A stretch of 64,000 nt of DNA. Origin: Candidatus Multivoradales bacterium (GTDB taxonomy: Bacteria > Acidobacteriota > Thermoanaerobaculia > Multivoradales > JAHEKO01). Location: the NCBI GenBank assembly GCA_965223855.1, contig CBDCXM010000009.1:352001-416000 (forward strand), read 5' to 3'. The position numbers and the translations under genes were made by a program. How positions within the stretch are numbered: position 1 is the first letter of the stretch; the number at the start of each line of letters is the position of its first letter. The notes beneath the pieces were generated by a model that saw only the letters and a program-made list of their open reading frames with translations, was not told the origin of the DNA and made no database searches. This document shows, piece by piece, positions 26,962-37,136 of the stretch.

Positions 26962-28581
26962 TCAGTCGAGGATCGGATCCTTGTAGCCCGTGAGCTGCCA
27001 GCGGATCAGCGATACCGGAATGACTCCGGCGGCGTCGACTTCCTCGAAGAAGCCCGAGAGGGTGAAGTCGTCGCCGAGCTGCTCCGAGCGCTCCCGCAGC
27101 AGCTCCTCGATCAGCACCTTGCCCGTGATGTAGCTCGTGCCGTAGCCCGGCTGGCGCAGGTAGAGAAGCTGTTCGAACCCGAGCAGGTCGAGGTCCTCGC
27201 GCATCCAGCCCCGCGGCGTCCATTCGACGTGAAAGTCGCGCGCCTCGGCCATCGTCTTGTCGTTGGAGTGAACCCACAGCGACCCGAGGCCGCGCGCGGC
27301 GCGCTGCGCGAGCATGATCCAGACGATCTCGCGCACCCGCGGATTGTCGTCATAGAGGCCGGCGTGCATCATCATCTCCTCGACCCCGGTCGCCATCCCC
27401 TCGGCGCGCGAGTCGAAGATGTTGTAGAGGAGCGGCCCGCGGCGGATCGGGCTGGGGTGCGGGTCGCTCTCCATCCGTGCGAGATCCCACCAGTGGTAGA
27501 AGTGGGTCCACAGCGTCATCGGCTCGAAATGGATCGCCGTGCGGAAGAAGTTGCGCTCCTGCTCGGGAACAAAACTGCCGATCCGGGCCCGTAGCGCCGG
27601 GTCCATGTAGTCCTTCATCTCGAGGACGTCGTTGTCCTCGAGGAAGCGCAGGTAGTCCGTCACCGCAGCGTTGGCCCGCTCGTCGTACTCCTCGGGCGAG
27701 GCGATCGCCACGAGAGGCGGCAGATCACGGTTGCGGTGCTCCTCGAGCCGCAGGGAGGCGTGCGCGCGGTCGAGCTCACGCTCGAGCAGGCGCACCTCGT
27801 CCTCCCAGGTCAGCGGCACCAGGTGGACGTTGTGCAGATACCAGGTGTAGTGCTCGCGGCCGATGCCGGAGGAACCGGTCTTGGACGCCGTCTGCTGCTC
27901 GAGCCAGCCGATGAAGTCGACCGTCGCCCGGTGGGCCGCGGCGCGCGCCTCGGCAAGTGCGTCGCCGGCGCCCTCGATCCGATCGGCGAGCCCGGCCAGA
28001 ACTTCGGCCTGGTCGCGCAGGTCGCCGATCCCCGCTTCCCACAGCTCTCGCGCGTTGCCGGTCAGGTTGCCGCGAGCCTGGGCCAGAAGCGGCGCGATGG
28101 TCGAGAGTTCCGAACGCAGCTTCTCCGCAGCAGCCTCGGTGAGCGGGAACTCGTAGGTCCACAACTCGACCACGCCGTGATGAGTCGGCCCCTCGTGAGC
28201 CGGTGTGTCACTCTGATAGGTCCACACCGACTTGTAGAAGGCGGGATCGCGCTGCCACGGCCGGAGCACCCGCAGGTTGAAGTCGAGCCCGTTCATCTCG
28301 GCGCGCACGATGTGGTAATCCACCTGCCGTTCGACCGGCCAACCTTCCGGGTCGATCGCCGCCAGCCGCTGCTGTAGCGCTTCGAGACCGGTCCGCTGTT
28401 CGGCCAGGGCAGCCTCGGTGTAGTCGGGCGCACCGTCGAGAAGTCGCGGTCGCTCCAGCTGGCGCCAGTCGGCGAAGAGATCGAGCAGCTCTTCGTAGCC
28501 GTCGGCTGCCGCGGGTGAAACGGTCGCGGCGATCGAAACAACGGCAAGCAGGGTCGCGATCGTGAGTCGTGGGCTCTTCAT
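26962..28581 (-). CDS. DUF885-family secreted (zincin-like) protein
   Basis: Signal peptide. RAEGMATGVEE, LYLRQPGYGTSYITGK, FTLSGFFEE..AGVIPVSL, typical of the DUF885 C-terminus. Confidence 0.75.
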   Translation of the reverse strand: MKSPRLTIATLLAVVSIAATVSPAAADGYEELLDLFADWRQLERPRLLDGAPDYTEAALAEQRTGLEALQQRLAAIDPEGWPVERQVDYHIVRAEMNGLDFNLRVLRPWQRDPAFYKSVWTYQSDTPAHEGPTHHGVVELWTYEFPLTEAAAEKLRSELSTIAPLLAQARGNLTGNARELWEAGIGDLRDQAEVLAGLADRIEGAGDALAEARAAAHRATVDFIGWLEQQTASKTGSSGIGREHYTWYLHNVHLVPLTWEDEVRLLERELDRAHASLRLEEHRNRDLPPLVAIASPEEYDERANAAVTDYLRFLEDNDVLEMKDYMDPALRARIGSFVPEQERNFFRTAIHFEPMTLWTHFYHWWDLARMESDPHPSPIRRGPLLYNIFDSRAEGMATGVEEMMMHAGLYDDNPRVREIVWIMLAQRAARGLGSLWVHSNDKTMAEARDFHVEWTPRGWMREDLDLLGFEQLLYLRQPGYGTSYITGKVLIEELLRERSEQLGDDFTLSGFFEEVDAAGVIPVSLIRWQLTGYKDPILD

Positions 28582-28697
28582 GGCATCCTCCCGGGTAGTC
28601 GAACCCCGAGTGTGCCAGAGCCGGCGCTTCTCCAGAGCCGAGGCCTGGCCGGAGCCGTACCTTCTTCTGCAAGCGGAGACACGGACAAGGAGATGCC

Positions 28698-29159
28698 ATG
28701 CACGAGATGAGCGCCCTCACCACCTGGTTCCTGCCCTTCCTGCCCAAGCTCTTCGCCGCCTTCGCCGCCGGCGCCATCGTCGGCCTCGAACGCCAGCGTG
28801 CCAGCGGCTCGATCGGCATCCGGCACTGCGTTCTGGTATGCGCCGGCGCGACGACCTACATGGCGACCGGCCACCTGATCCTCGAACACACCCAACTCGT
28901 GGGCGATCCGACCCGCATAGCGAGTCAGATCATCACCGGCATCGGCTTCCTCGGCGCCGGCGCGATCCTGCGCGGGGACGGCGGCGTGAGCGGCCTCGCT
29001 TCCGCCGCCACCGTATGGTTCCTGGGCGCTCTCGGAATCCTGATCGGCTGCGACTTCCCCCTGATCGGAGTCCTCCTGGCAGCGGTGGTCGCCCTTCTGC
29101 TGATGGCGCTCAGCAGCTTCGAGACAAGCCTGAGGAAGCGGCGAGCCAGTTCAGGCTAG
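28698..29159 (+). CDS. MgtC/SapB family membrane protein
   Basis: GLERQ, GIRHCVLV, DPTRIASQIITGIGFLGAGAI, GLASAATVW. AAGGAG RBS. Confidence 0.92.
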   Translation: MHEMSALTTWFLPFLPKLFAAFAAGAIVGLERQRASGSIGIRHCVLVCAGATTYMATGHLILEHTQLVGDPTRIASQIITGIGFLGAGAILRGDGGVSGLASAATVWFLGALGILIGCDFPLIGVLLAAVVALLLMALSSFETSLRKRRASSG

Positions 29160-29623
29160 CCGTCTCCGCGGCGCACCAGCGGCCGGCGACGATCGAGCAC
29201 TCTGCGTGGGCGCTCCCGCTCGCGCAACGCCTGCAGGCCTCGTTCGACCGCCGCCTGTTGCACCGCGCGTTCGAACGCCTCGCTCTCGTCGATCTGCGCC
29301 TGCCTCTTCGCCAGGTAGGCGTCCCTCGCCTCCGCCTGCCGGGCGAGCCAGTTGCGCACGGAGGCCCGCGTCGCGCGCTGCCGCCGCCTCAGCTCGCCGA
29401 CGGTAGCGGAGCCGCCGTCGGCGCCGACGAGAACCCGCTCGTCGGGCAGCGCCCGGATCTGAGCGGGCCTCATGGTCTCGAGCTGCCTTGCGGTGATGCG
29501 CTCCGTCGTCGCGACGGGCGCCTCCCGCGCTTGAACTCTGCGCTGGGCATCGCCCTGCGTTGCCAGCGCCCAGACCGCCATAGTCATCGCACCAGCCACC
29601 AGCAATCTCGCTCTCGTCCTCAT
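29156..29623 (-). CDS. Secreted Arg-rich helical hypothetical protein
   Basis: ATG 29623 preceded by AGGAG. Signal peptide MRTRARLLVAGAMTMAVWALATQGDA. Directly downstream of the PKD protein gene. Confidence 0.6.
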   Translation of the reverse strand: MRTRARLLVAGAMTMAVWALATQGDAQRRVQAREAPVATTERITARQLETMRPAQIRALPDERVLVGADGGSATVGELRRRQRATRASVRNWLARQAEARDAYLAKRQAQIDESEAFERAVQQAAVERGLQALRERERPRRVLDRRRPLVRRGDG

Positions 29624-29631
29624 CGCCGCTC

Positions 29632-30738
29632 CTACTTGTGAGAGGTGCACACCGGACCGCGAATGAAGACGTCCAGCGTGTACAGGATCTTGTCGTTCGG
29701 GGTGACGACCCAGTCGATCGAGGGCCGCCACGACGTTGCACCCGGGACGAATCCCGAAGGAAGTGTTCCCGACGCAGGGGTCGTCCTCCCCTCGTCCGGG
29801 TCGGTCTCGTCTTCGAGGTGACTGCTGAACTCGGCGTGATCGAGCACCCAGCCGTTGCTCAGAGAGATCTGGTACCGGTCGGTGCCCGAGTCGTCACCGA
29901 TCGTCCCCCAGCAGTTCTCGTGAGAGGCGCGGATGGTCGGCGGCGGCGATCCCACGACGACACCTTCCTGGATGCCGAGGATGTCGGCGACCCCCCACTG
30001 ACAGGAGCCCTCGAAGCTCGCGCCGGTGCAGCCACCGGCGTTGGCGTCCCGACCGCACTCGAGGTTGACGACGTCCTCGGTCGGGAACTGACGGACTTCG
30101 GTCGGTACCGGCACGGGAAAGACCGGCGACAGCTTTCCGTCGGCCGTCTCGATCTGAATGCCGAAGACGCAGTTGTCGTGAACGCCGGCCGGCACGAGGC
30201 CGCCGATCGCGTCATCGAACCAGTTCTCCACCTCGAGTTGGTGGCTCGTCGTCGGCGAGGCGATGAACCACACCTTGCCCGCCTGATCGCCGAAGCCGCT
30301 GCCACCGACCAGCAGACCGAGCCCCGGCGTGATCCCGAAGCCGAAGATCCGCTCGATGCGGGGACCCGGTATGTACTCGAACCCGCGCTCGAACTCCCGG
30401 CGTTCGAGCCGGATCCGCACGGAGATCTGGATCTCGTCCTGGCCGACGATGTTGCAGTCGCCCGACGTCACCCGCGCCGGGAAGCTGCCCGGGCTGTCGT
30501 AGACGTGGTCGAGGTCGGCCAGCGGCAAGGCGGCGTTGTTGAAGGCGTCCGAGTCGCCGTCGCCGTAGTCGAGCGTGACATCGCAGATGCCCTGCCCCTC
30601 GACCCGGAAGGTGACCGTGTCGCCGACGAAGACCGAAGCCGGGTTCGCGGAAATCCCCGAAACAAAGTCCTGCGCCAGCGCCGGCGAGCTGACGATCCAG
30701 AGCGTCGCCGCGACGCACCCCAACAGGCGGTTCCTCAT
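29632..30738 (-). CDS. Secreted PKD- and IPT/TIG-like domain protein
   Basis: ATG 30738 with AAAGGGGG RBS, signal peptide (ALA-Q). PKD motif DYGDGD...HVYDSPGSF. GSGFGDQAGKV...WFDDAI (TIG-like). Confidence 0.7.
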   Translation of the reverse strand: MRNRLLGCVAATLWIVSSPALAQDFVSGISANPASVFVGDTVTFRVEGQGICDVTLDYGDGDSDAFNNAALPLADLDHVYDSPGSFPARVTSGDCNIVGQDEIQISVRIRLERREFERGFEYIPGPRIERIFGFGITPGLGLLVGGSGFGDQAGKVWFIASPTTSHQLEVENWFDDAIGGLVPAGVHDNCVFGIQIETADGKLSPVFPVPVPTEVRQFPTEDVVNLECGRDANAGGCTGASFEGSCQWGVADILGIQEGVVVGSPPPTIRASHENCWGTIGDDSGTDRYQISLSNGWVLDHAEFSSHLEDETDPDEGRTTPASGTLPSGFVPGATSWRPSIDWVVTPNDKILYTLDVFIRGPVCTSHK

Positions 30739-30827
30739 AGTCCCCCCTTTTGAACTGAGAGCCCTCATTGTCTCAGATGGGGGCGAGACTCCTGTGGTCT
30801 GCGTTACAGGACGCGTGTCGACCCGCC

Positions 30828-31310
30828 TCAGGCGATCTCGGTCACCCGCTCGTCCTGCGGTCCCTCGACCGCCTCGACGGCCACCCCGTGCGCGCGCAGA
30901 TAGTCGACCCCGTTGGCGCCCGCGTAGCCTCCGCCGACGACGACCACCTTGGTGATGCCCGCGTGGTGAATCAGTTTCGCGCACAGCACGCATGGCTCGC
31001 CGGTGACGAGCAGCCAGGCTCCCTGGGTGGCGACGCCGGAAGCCGCACAGTTGCAGATGACGTTCATCTCCGCATGGTGGCAGCCGATCTCCATCCGCGT
31101 TCCCGACTGCACCCCGAGCTCGTCGCGCGAGCAGACATCTCCGCCGCACAGATCCCCGCCGCCGCGCGGACCCCCGTTGTAGCCGTCCATCAGGGTCACG
31201 TTGCGGCTCGGGTCGAGCAACAGAGCCCCGAACTTTCGCCGCGGGCAGTTCGACGCCTTGGCGAGCGCCAGACACTGCTCGATCCGGATGCGGATGTGTT
31301 TTTCTTTCAA
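30828..31310 (-). CDS. Deoxycytidylate (dCMP) deaminase, ComEB family
   Basis: SNCPRRKFGA, GYNG, HAEMNVI, PCVLCAKLIHHAGITKVV zinc motifs. Confidence 0.92.
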   Translation of the reverse strand: MKEKHIRIRIEQCLALAKASNCPRRKFGALLLDPSRNVTLMDGYNGGPRGGGDLCGGDVCSRDELGVQSGTRMEIGCHHAEMNVICNCAASGVATQGAWLLVTGEPCVLCAKLIHHAGITKVVVVGGGYAGANGVDYLRAHGVAVEAVEGPQDERVTEIA

Positions 31311-31518
31311 CTCGAAATCTCCTCCGCGCCGATCTGTTGCGGCACCCGATGCTGTGTCGCCTCAACGAACAGAGCCTCGCCGAACTCTTGGGTGGCTCGC
31401 TCTCGAGGAGAGAACGGCCCTCGTGCGACGAGGGAACGATAGCAGCGACGCCTCTCACTGAACTCCGGCTCCGTGGCGTTGTAGTCTTCTCAGCAAATCT
31501 GTCGAATTGGAGAAGTTG

Positions 31519-32523
31519 ATGGACGTCGAGCGATACCAGCGCGCCGCAGCCAGTCCGGCGTTGTACCTCTGCCTGCTGGGCCTGGCACTCGGGGTCGCAG
31601 GGTGCCCTCCGACCACGGTCCCGCCGTCGGCCCCGCCGCTCCCTCCGGAGCTCGATTTCCCCGCCGCCTACAGGGTCCAGGCCGCCGGACAGGTCCAGGT
31701 GGACACGATCGAGCTGCCGGGGACCGCGACGATGGACTATCTCGTCTACCCGAGCGGTCGGGTGGTCGTCACGCATCTCGACGTCCGGGTCCCGGACCTC
31801 GACATCGTCGTCTACTTTCTCTGGTGGGAGACCGACCGAGAGCGGCTGCGATGCAATCGGATGCACCTGACCGAGCCGGTCGTCGCCAGCCTGGTCGGCG
31901 ATCGGATCGATTTCGCTGTCGGATCGGCCGCGATGCGGGGGGTGTCGTTCTTTGAGCGCTCGCCCTCGGGTGATTGCTCAGGGCGCCACCGGCGACTCGA
32001 GGTTTCCAACGACGGCGTGTTCTCCGTCCTGCACGACCCCGACATGCCGAAGTGGGAGATGCGTGCCGCCTTCACGGCAACCTTCGACGGCAACAGCGTG
32101 CCGCTCGACTTCCGACTCGACGGCCGGTTTCTGAACCGGCCGCCGATGGCGTCGATGGGCGTCGCCGAGGCGGGCACGACGAGCTGGGAGCTCATCGGCG
32201 AGGGATGTCCGGTCGCCCAGGAGGAGTCCAAGATCCCGCCGAACCGTCCGGAGGGGCTGGTGCTCGATCTGCGTTCCTTCTCCTACGACAACGACAGCCG
32301 CGAAAGCGAGACCCGCTTTCAGGTGAAGTTCCCGCGTGGAGACATCAGCACCGAGCAGTGGGCCAAGTCGAGCGGCGGCAAGTACGAGTACCTGGGCGAG
32401 GGCCGTCTCCTCGGACCGGTTCTCTTCGAGGCGGGCAAGGCCCATTCGCTGATGCTGACCGTCACCGATCGCACCGGGGCCAAGGCCCGACAGATCTGCC
32501 AGTTCGAGGTTTCGCCGTCATGA
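31519..32523 (+). CDS. Hypothetical lipoprotein with C-terminal PKD-like segment
   Basis: GGAG RBS, lipobox GVAGC, Pro-rich linker. NRPPMA...SYDND...LTVTDRTGA (PKD-like). Confidence 0.6.
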   Translation: MDVERYQRAAASPALYLCLLGLALGVAGCPPTTVPPSAPPLPPELDFPAAYRVQAAGQVQVDTIELPGTATMDYLVYPSGRVVVTHLDVRVPDLDIVVYFLWWETDRERLRCNRMHLTEPVVASLVGDRIDFAVGSAAMRGVSFFERSPSGDCSGRHRRLEVSNDGVFSVLHDPDMPKWEMRAAFTATFDGNSVPLDFRLDGRFLNRPPMASMGVAEAGTTSWELIGEGCPVAQEESKIPPNRPEGLVLDLRSFSYDNDSRESETRFQVKFPRGDISTEQWAKSSGGKYEYLGEGRLLGPVLFEAGKAHSLMLTVTDRTGAKARQICQFEVSPS

Positions 32524-33848
32524 GCTCACTCCTCTCCCGGATCCACCCTCGCTCCTTCGCGCTGCCGCTCCTTCTCCTCGTCGGCGCAGTCACGCCCGGC
32601 TGCGGCTTCTTCATCGACGAGTTCATCCCGCGCGGCCCGTCGCTCGAGTGCACGGCTCAGGTCCGCAGCGCAGACGGCCATGTCGAGACGATCTCCAGCC
32701 TCACCCACCCCGACTTCGTGGAGATCGTCACCAGTGGCGGTACCACCGAGACGGCACAGCTGCGCGAGTACTTCCTGTGTGAAGCCGGCAGTTGTCCCGC
32801 TCCCGATGCCTGCCCCCGCTTCTCCTCGATCGCCAACGCGGAGGCGGACTGGGAGTCCTGGCTCGGCCTGCGGGTTCGTGGCCAGACCGCCGAGCCGACC
32901 TCCGTGTTCGGCCAGTTCGAAGGCCCGTGGTGCCTCGTCCCGGACACGATCGTCTGCACGGAAGCGGCCTTCCAGGAAGGCTACGGCGATTGCGGGCTGC
33001 TCCCGTCCGTCGATCGGTTGCCGATCTGCCCGGACGCTCCGCCGCCACCGCCCGGCGATCCGTGCCTCGAGATCGCCTGCAGTGGTGGCGTACCCTGCAC
33101 CTCGGTCGACTTCGGTGACCTGCCGCTCGGCGGCACGGCGACCGAAACGGTGACCGTGAGCAACTGCGGCGCCACCGCCAGCCCCGATATCGCACTGGTG
33201 CTCGACGGCGAGATCCTGCCGGACCTCGCATTCGGACAGCGCGACTTCGCGGTCACCCGTAACGACTGCCTCCCCGACACCCCGGAAGAGATGCTGGCGG
33301 GCGAGGAGATCCTCACCAACCCGTTGGTCGACGCCGTCAACTCGCGCTGCGAGTTCGACGTCACCTTCGCACCCGAGAACCCGCGCGAGCACGGTGCCGA
33401 GATCGCCTTCCGCAGCGACCTCGACCCGCGCCACCAGATTGTCCTCAGGGGCAACGGCCTCGGCGGAAGCCTCATCTTCGAAGTGCCCGATCTGCCCGAC
33501 CCGCGGGCGATTCCGCCGGCGATCTGCGTCGATGCGGTCGTCGGGAGCTGCACGCGCAGCCGCATCGTCCGGATCACCAACACCGGCCCGGGTGCGGTCA
33601 CGATCACCGACGTCCGTCTCGACCGCGGGGCTCCGAACTGGCAGGTCGTCATGCCGACGGGCGCGGCCCTGCCGGTGACCCTCGGGCCGGCCGATCCCCC
33701 CTTCGACGTCACGGTGCGCTGGTGCACGAGCGCCCCGCCGGAAGAGCTGGACGGTCAGCTGGTCATCGACACGAACTCTCCCGACACCCCGACCTTCCTG
33801 CTCGGGCTCAACCGACAGGGCAGCGGTACCTGCCCGCCCGGAACCTGA
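32520..33848 (+). CDS. Cys-rich lipoprotein with two ASH/choice-of-anchor-D-like Ig domains
   Basis: ATGA overlap, lipobox TPGC. VDFGDLPLGGTATETVTVSNCG, CEFDVTFAP, VRITNTGPGAVTITDV, GQLVIDTNSP. Confidence 0.7.
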   Translation: MSSLLSRIHPRSFALPLLLLVGAVTPGCGFFIDEFIPRGPSLECTAQVRSADGHVETISSLTHPDFVEIVTSGGTTETAQLREYFLCEAGSCPAPDACPRFSSIANAEADWESWLGLRVRGQTAEPTSVFGQFEGPWCLVPDTIVCTEAAFQEGYGDCGLLPSVDRLPICPDAPPPPPGDPCLEIACSGGVPCTSVDFGDLPLGGTATETVTVSNCGATASPDIALVLDGEILPDLAFGQRDFAVTRNDCLPDTPEEMLAGEEILTNPLVDAVNSRCEFDVTFAPENPREHGAEIAFRSDLDPRHQIVLRGNGLGGSLIFEVPDLPDPRAIPPAICVDAVVGSCTRSRIVRITNTGPGAVTITDVRLDRGAPNWQVVMPTGAALPVTLGPADPPFDVTVRWCTSAPPEELDGQLVIDTNSPDTPTFLLGLNRQGSGTCPPGT

Positions 33849-33894
33849 CGCCAGGAACCTGGTGCTCGACACCTGACGCTCGGAGCCTGGCGTC
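33847..33894. terminator. Possible bidirectional hairpin between convergent genes
   Basis: GACGCCAGG (33847-55) and CCTGGCGTC (33886-94) inverted pair. No U-tract. Confidence 0.3.
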
Positions 33895-33906
33895 GGTATC
33901 CGGGGC

Positions 33907-34317
33907 TCAGCCCAACGCTTCGAGCTGCCGGCGCAGGTCGTCCGGCAGCGGCTTCTTTTCGCCCGTCCGGTAGTCGATCAGCACGACGACTCCCTTACCC
34001 CGGGCGACCGGCTTGTCGGGGGTCGAGGCTCGCGCCGCCCGGTAGTCCATGCCGAAGCTGGTAGTGCCGAGTCTCGAGATCCGCGTGCCGACGACGATCT
34101 CCTCCGGATAATGAACCGCCTCGAGGAAATCGCAGCTCGTGTGGGCGAGGATCGGGCCCGTCTCCGGGGTGCCGTCGGTCGCGAGGCCGAGCTGCCGGAA
34201 GCACTCGATCCTGGCGGTCTCGAACCAGGTGAAGTAGCGCGCGTTGTTCACGTGACCGAGCGCGTCGAGCTCGGACCAGTGCAGGCGGAAGGTGACGGTG
34301 ACCGGAAAGCCGTCCAT
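33907..34317 (-). CDS. Acyl-CoA thioesterase (4HBT/YbgC hot-dog family)
   Basis: ELDALGHVNNARYFTWFETAR, LGTTSF. Confidence 0.93.
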   Translation of the reverse strand: MDGFPVTVTFRLHWSELDALGHVNNARYFTWFETARIECFRQLGLATDGTPETGPILAHTSCDFLEAVHYPEEIVVGTRISRLGTTSFGMDYRAARASTPDKPVARGKGVVVLIDYRTGEKKPLPDDLRRQLEALG

Positions 34318-34387
34318 CCCGGCATCCTAGCCCGTTCTTCTCAGACGGCAGCGGCCTGATTTCGCCGGTGACGGGCGGCCAACCGGG

Positions 34388-34822
34388 CTACTGCGGCTCG
34401 AGAGGAACGGACTGCCGGTTCCGGCGGCCGCCGCTCTCCCACAGATAGCTGACCATCGCCGGCCTGCCCTGCCATTCGAGCACTGCGACGCGCAGGTCGC
34501 AGCGCCTGACCCTGCGGTCCCGGGTCAGCACCCTCACGGCCAGGGTCGCTTCCGGATCGGGATCGCAGACCAGTCCCGCCAGCCGCCGGGCGAGGACCTG
34601 CCGGCGGTCGTCCGGGTGCACCAGCTCGCCGAAGCTCATCCGCGCCAGCTCGCGCGGTCGGTAGCCCAGATGCTTCGAGACCGCCGGATTGGAGTACCTC
34701 AGAAGGCCGTCCTGCGCCACCAGGATCATCTCGCCGGCATGGTCGGCCACCTGGCGGAACGCGTCGCCCCCTGTGAGCCGGGCTCGGTCGGGGGTCGCTG
34801 TGGCGGCGATCGGAATCGTCAT
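34388..34822 (-). CDS. Stand-alone PAS-domain protein
   Basis: ATG 34822 with GAGGAAGAGG upstream. YSNPAVSKHLGY..EL...ELVHPDDR, LTRD..RC, WQGRPA. Confidence 0.75.
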   Translation of the reverse strand: MTIPIAATATPDRARLTGGDAFRQVADHAGEMILVAQDGLLRYSNPAVSKHLGYRPRELARMSFGELVHPDDRRQVLARRLAGLVCDPDPEATLAVRVLTRDRRVRRCDLRVAVLEWQGRPAMVSYLWESGGRRNRQSVPLEPQ

Positions 34823-35054
34823 CTCCCTCTTCCTCCTCGACACTGCTTCTCGCAAGGTCCATACCGACTCAGGCCGGGCTCGCAACTCCCTGACGGGGAG
34901 GCACTTACAGCATCCCGCAACCGTGGCGGCGATCCTCGAGCCTCCCGGCGACCGGGGAGTTCTTCCCCGGTCGAACGGCGCCGGCGCGACCTCGACACCT
35001 GCGACCACAGTGAGCCCCAGCCGGTAAGATCGCCCGGCAGCCCCCTGAGATCCC

Positions 35055-35948
35055 ATGGAACCCGACGCAGCGATCGAAAAGGTCAAGAGCGCACTCGACG
35101 TGCCGCTGTTCTCGATCGCCGGCACCGAGATCACGGCGGCGACCCTGACGGCGTTCTTCCTCATCGTCGTCGCTTCCTTCGTCATCTCGAAGTTGCTGCG
35201 CAAGGGCGTCGAGCGCTTCCTGACGGCGCGCGAGGTCGAAGACCATGGAACCCGTGCGGTCATCTCGCGGCTGCTGCACTACGTGATCGTCTTCGTCGGC
35301 GTCGGCACGGCCCTTCACACGATCGGCATCAACCTGAGCGCTCTCTTCGCCGCCGGGGCACTCTTTGCCGTGGCGATCGGTTTCGCGATGCAGAACGTCA
35401 CCGCGAACTTCGTCTCCGGCGTCATCCTGCTCGTCGAGCGGTCGATCAAGCCGGGAGACGTGATCGAGGTCAACGGCGCCATGGTGCGGGTGCGCGACAT
35501 GGGCATCCGCGCCACGATCGTGCGCACGCTCGACGACGAGGACGTGGTGATCCCCAATTCGGTGCTGGTCCAGGGTGAGGTCAAGAACTTCACCTTTCGC
35601 GACGACCTCTACCGGTTGCGGGTCGAGGTCGGCGTCGCCTACGAATCGGATCTGCACCGGGTGCGGGACGTGCTCGAGGCGTGCACACGCAGCCTCGATT
35701 GGCGCAGCGATCAGAGGGACCCGGTCGTCCTGCTGACCCTCTTCGGCAGCTCCTCCGTCGACTACGAGATCTCGGTGTGGACCGAGAACCCCTGGAAGAG
35801 CCGCTCCGACCGCTCGCGCCTGCGAGAAGCGATCTGGTGGGCGTTCCAGGAAGCGGGCATCACGATCGCCTTCCCGCAGCTCGACGTTCACTTCGACGAC
35901 CGGGAGGGGAAGAGGCCGGACTTGAGAAAGGTGCAGGCCTCGGAGTGA
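35055..35948 (+). CDS. Mechanosensitive ion channel (MscS family, MscK-like core)
   Basis: AIGFAMQNVTANFVSGVILLVERSIKPGDVI, GIRAT, IPNS, IAFPQLDVH. Confidence 0.92.
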   Translation: MEPDAAIEKVKSALDVPLFSIAGTEITAATLTAFFLIVVASFVISKLLRKGVERFLTAREVEDHGTRAVISRLLHYVIVFVGVGTALHTIGINLSALFAAGALFAVAIGFAMQNVTANFVSGVILLVERSIKPGDVIEVNGAMVRVRDMGIRATIVRTLDDEDVVIPNSVLVQGEVKNFTFRDDLYRLRVEVGVAYESDLHRVRDVLEACTRSLDWRSDQRDPVVLLTLFGSSSVDYEISVWTENPWKSRSDRSRLREAIWWAFQEAGITIAFPQLDVHFDDREGKRPDLRKVQASE

Positions 35949-37012
35949 ACCGCCGGCGCCGCAGGCGAAAGTCCGCCCCGGGCTCCCAGCCAGGGCACAT
36001 CGCACTCGAGCCGGACGCAGGCGAGGTTTCGATGAGCCTCATCGGTTACCGCGGCGAGCGAATCGCCGAAGTCGAGACCGTGGATCTCGCCGATGTCCGC
36101 GACTACCTCGACCGCTTCGACGTCACCTGGGTCAACGTCGATGGCCTCGGCGACGGCCGGCTCCTGCACGAGCTGGCGGAGCTCTTCGGCATGCACGCCC
36201 TGGCGCTCGAAGACGTCGTGCACGTAGGCCAGCGGCCAAAGGTCGAGATCTACGAAGAGGATCTCTTCATCGTCGCCCAGATGGTCTCGCTCGATGATCG
36301 TTCCACCGCCTCCGAGCAGATCAGTCTCTACCTCACCGACCGCTGCGTCATCACCTTCCAGGAGCGGCCCGGGGACTGTCTCGAGCCCGTACGGCAGCGA
36401 TTGCGAGCCGGCCATCGACGGCGGCTGCGGGAGCGGGGCCCCGACTACCTCGCCTACGCCATTCTCGACGCGGTCATCGACCACTACTTCCCGACCCTCG
36501 AGGAGTTCCAGGACCGGCTGGAAGCGTTCGAGGAGCGCCTGCGCGAAGGGGTCGAGGATCCGCACGACGAGATCCGAGGCACCCGACGCGACCTGCAGAC
36601 GCTGCGCCAGGCGATCCAGCCGACCCGCGACGCGACCCGCCTGCTGGCGGCGACCGAGCTGCCGCGAATCACCGCCGAGACTCAGACCTTCCTGCGCGAT
36701 TGCCACGACCACGTGCTCGAGGCGGTCGAGCAGCTCGAATCGTGCCGCGAGATCGCCTCCGGGCTGATGGACCTCCACCTCGCCGCAGAGAGCCATCGGG
36801 CCAACGAGACCATGAAGGTGCTCACGCTGGTGGCGACGATCTTCATGCCGTTGTCGTTTCTTGCCGGCGTCTACGGCATGAACTTCGACTCGTCGCTGCC
36901 GGGCAACATGCCCGAGCTGTCGATCCCTTACGGCTACGTCGGCCTGCTCGGCATCATGCTGGTGCTCGCAGTCCTGATGCTGATCTTCTTTCGCAGGAAC
37001 CGCTGGCTGTGA
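35945..37012 (+). CDS. corA: Magnesium/cobalt transporter CorA
   Basis: GTGA overlap start. HALALEDVV..QRPKVE, MKVLT, FMPLSFLAGVYGMNF, MPEL. Confidence 0.95.
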   Translation: MNRRRRRRKSAPGSQPGHIALEPDAGEVSMSLIGYRGERIAEVETVDLADVRDYLDRFDVTWVNVDGLGDGRLLHELAELFGMHALALEDVVHVGQRPKVEIYEEDLFIVAQMVSLDDRSTASEQISLYLTDRCVITFQERPGDCLEPVRQRLRAGHRRRLRERGPDYLAYAILDAVIDHYFPTLEEFQDRLEAFEERLREGVEDPHDEIRGTRRDLQTLRQAIQPTRDATRLLAATELPRITAETQTFLRDCHDHVLEAVEQLESCREIASGLMDLHLAAESHRANETMKVLTLVATIFMPLSFLAGVYGMNFDSSLPGNMPELSIPYGYVGLLGIMLVLAVLMLIFFRRNRWL

Positions 37013-37136
37013 CCGCTCCCCGCGGGAACCAGCCGAGCCTGTGCGGAGTCGAAGCCGACGCAGTTGTGCCGAGCGACCTGAGACCGCTTCCAACGACACC
37101 GAACCCGAATCCCGAGCCAACCCTGGAGACCGACCG

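Noticed and set aside
30828-31310. dCMP deaminase as an anti-phage nucleotide-depletion gene
   Set aside because: Single 160-aa ComEB-like domain without the kinase-like domain of defensive dCTP deaminases, and far from the defence block.
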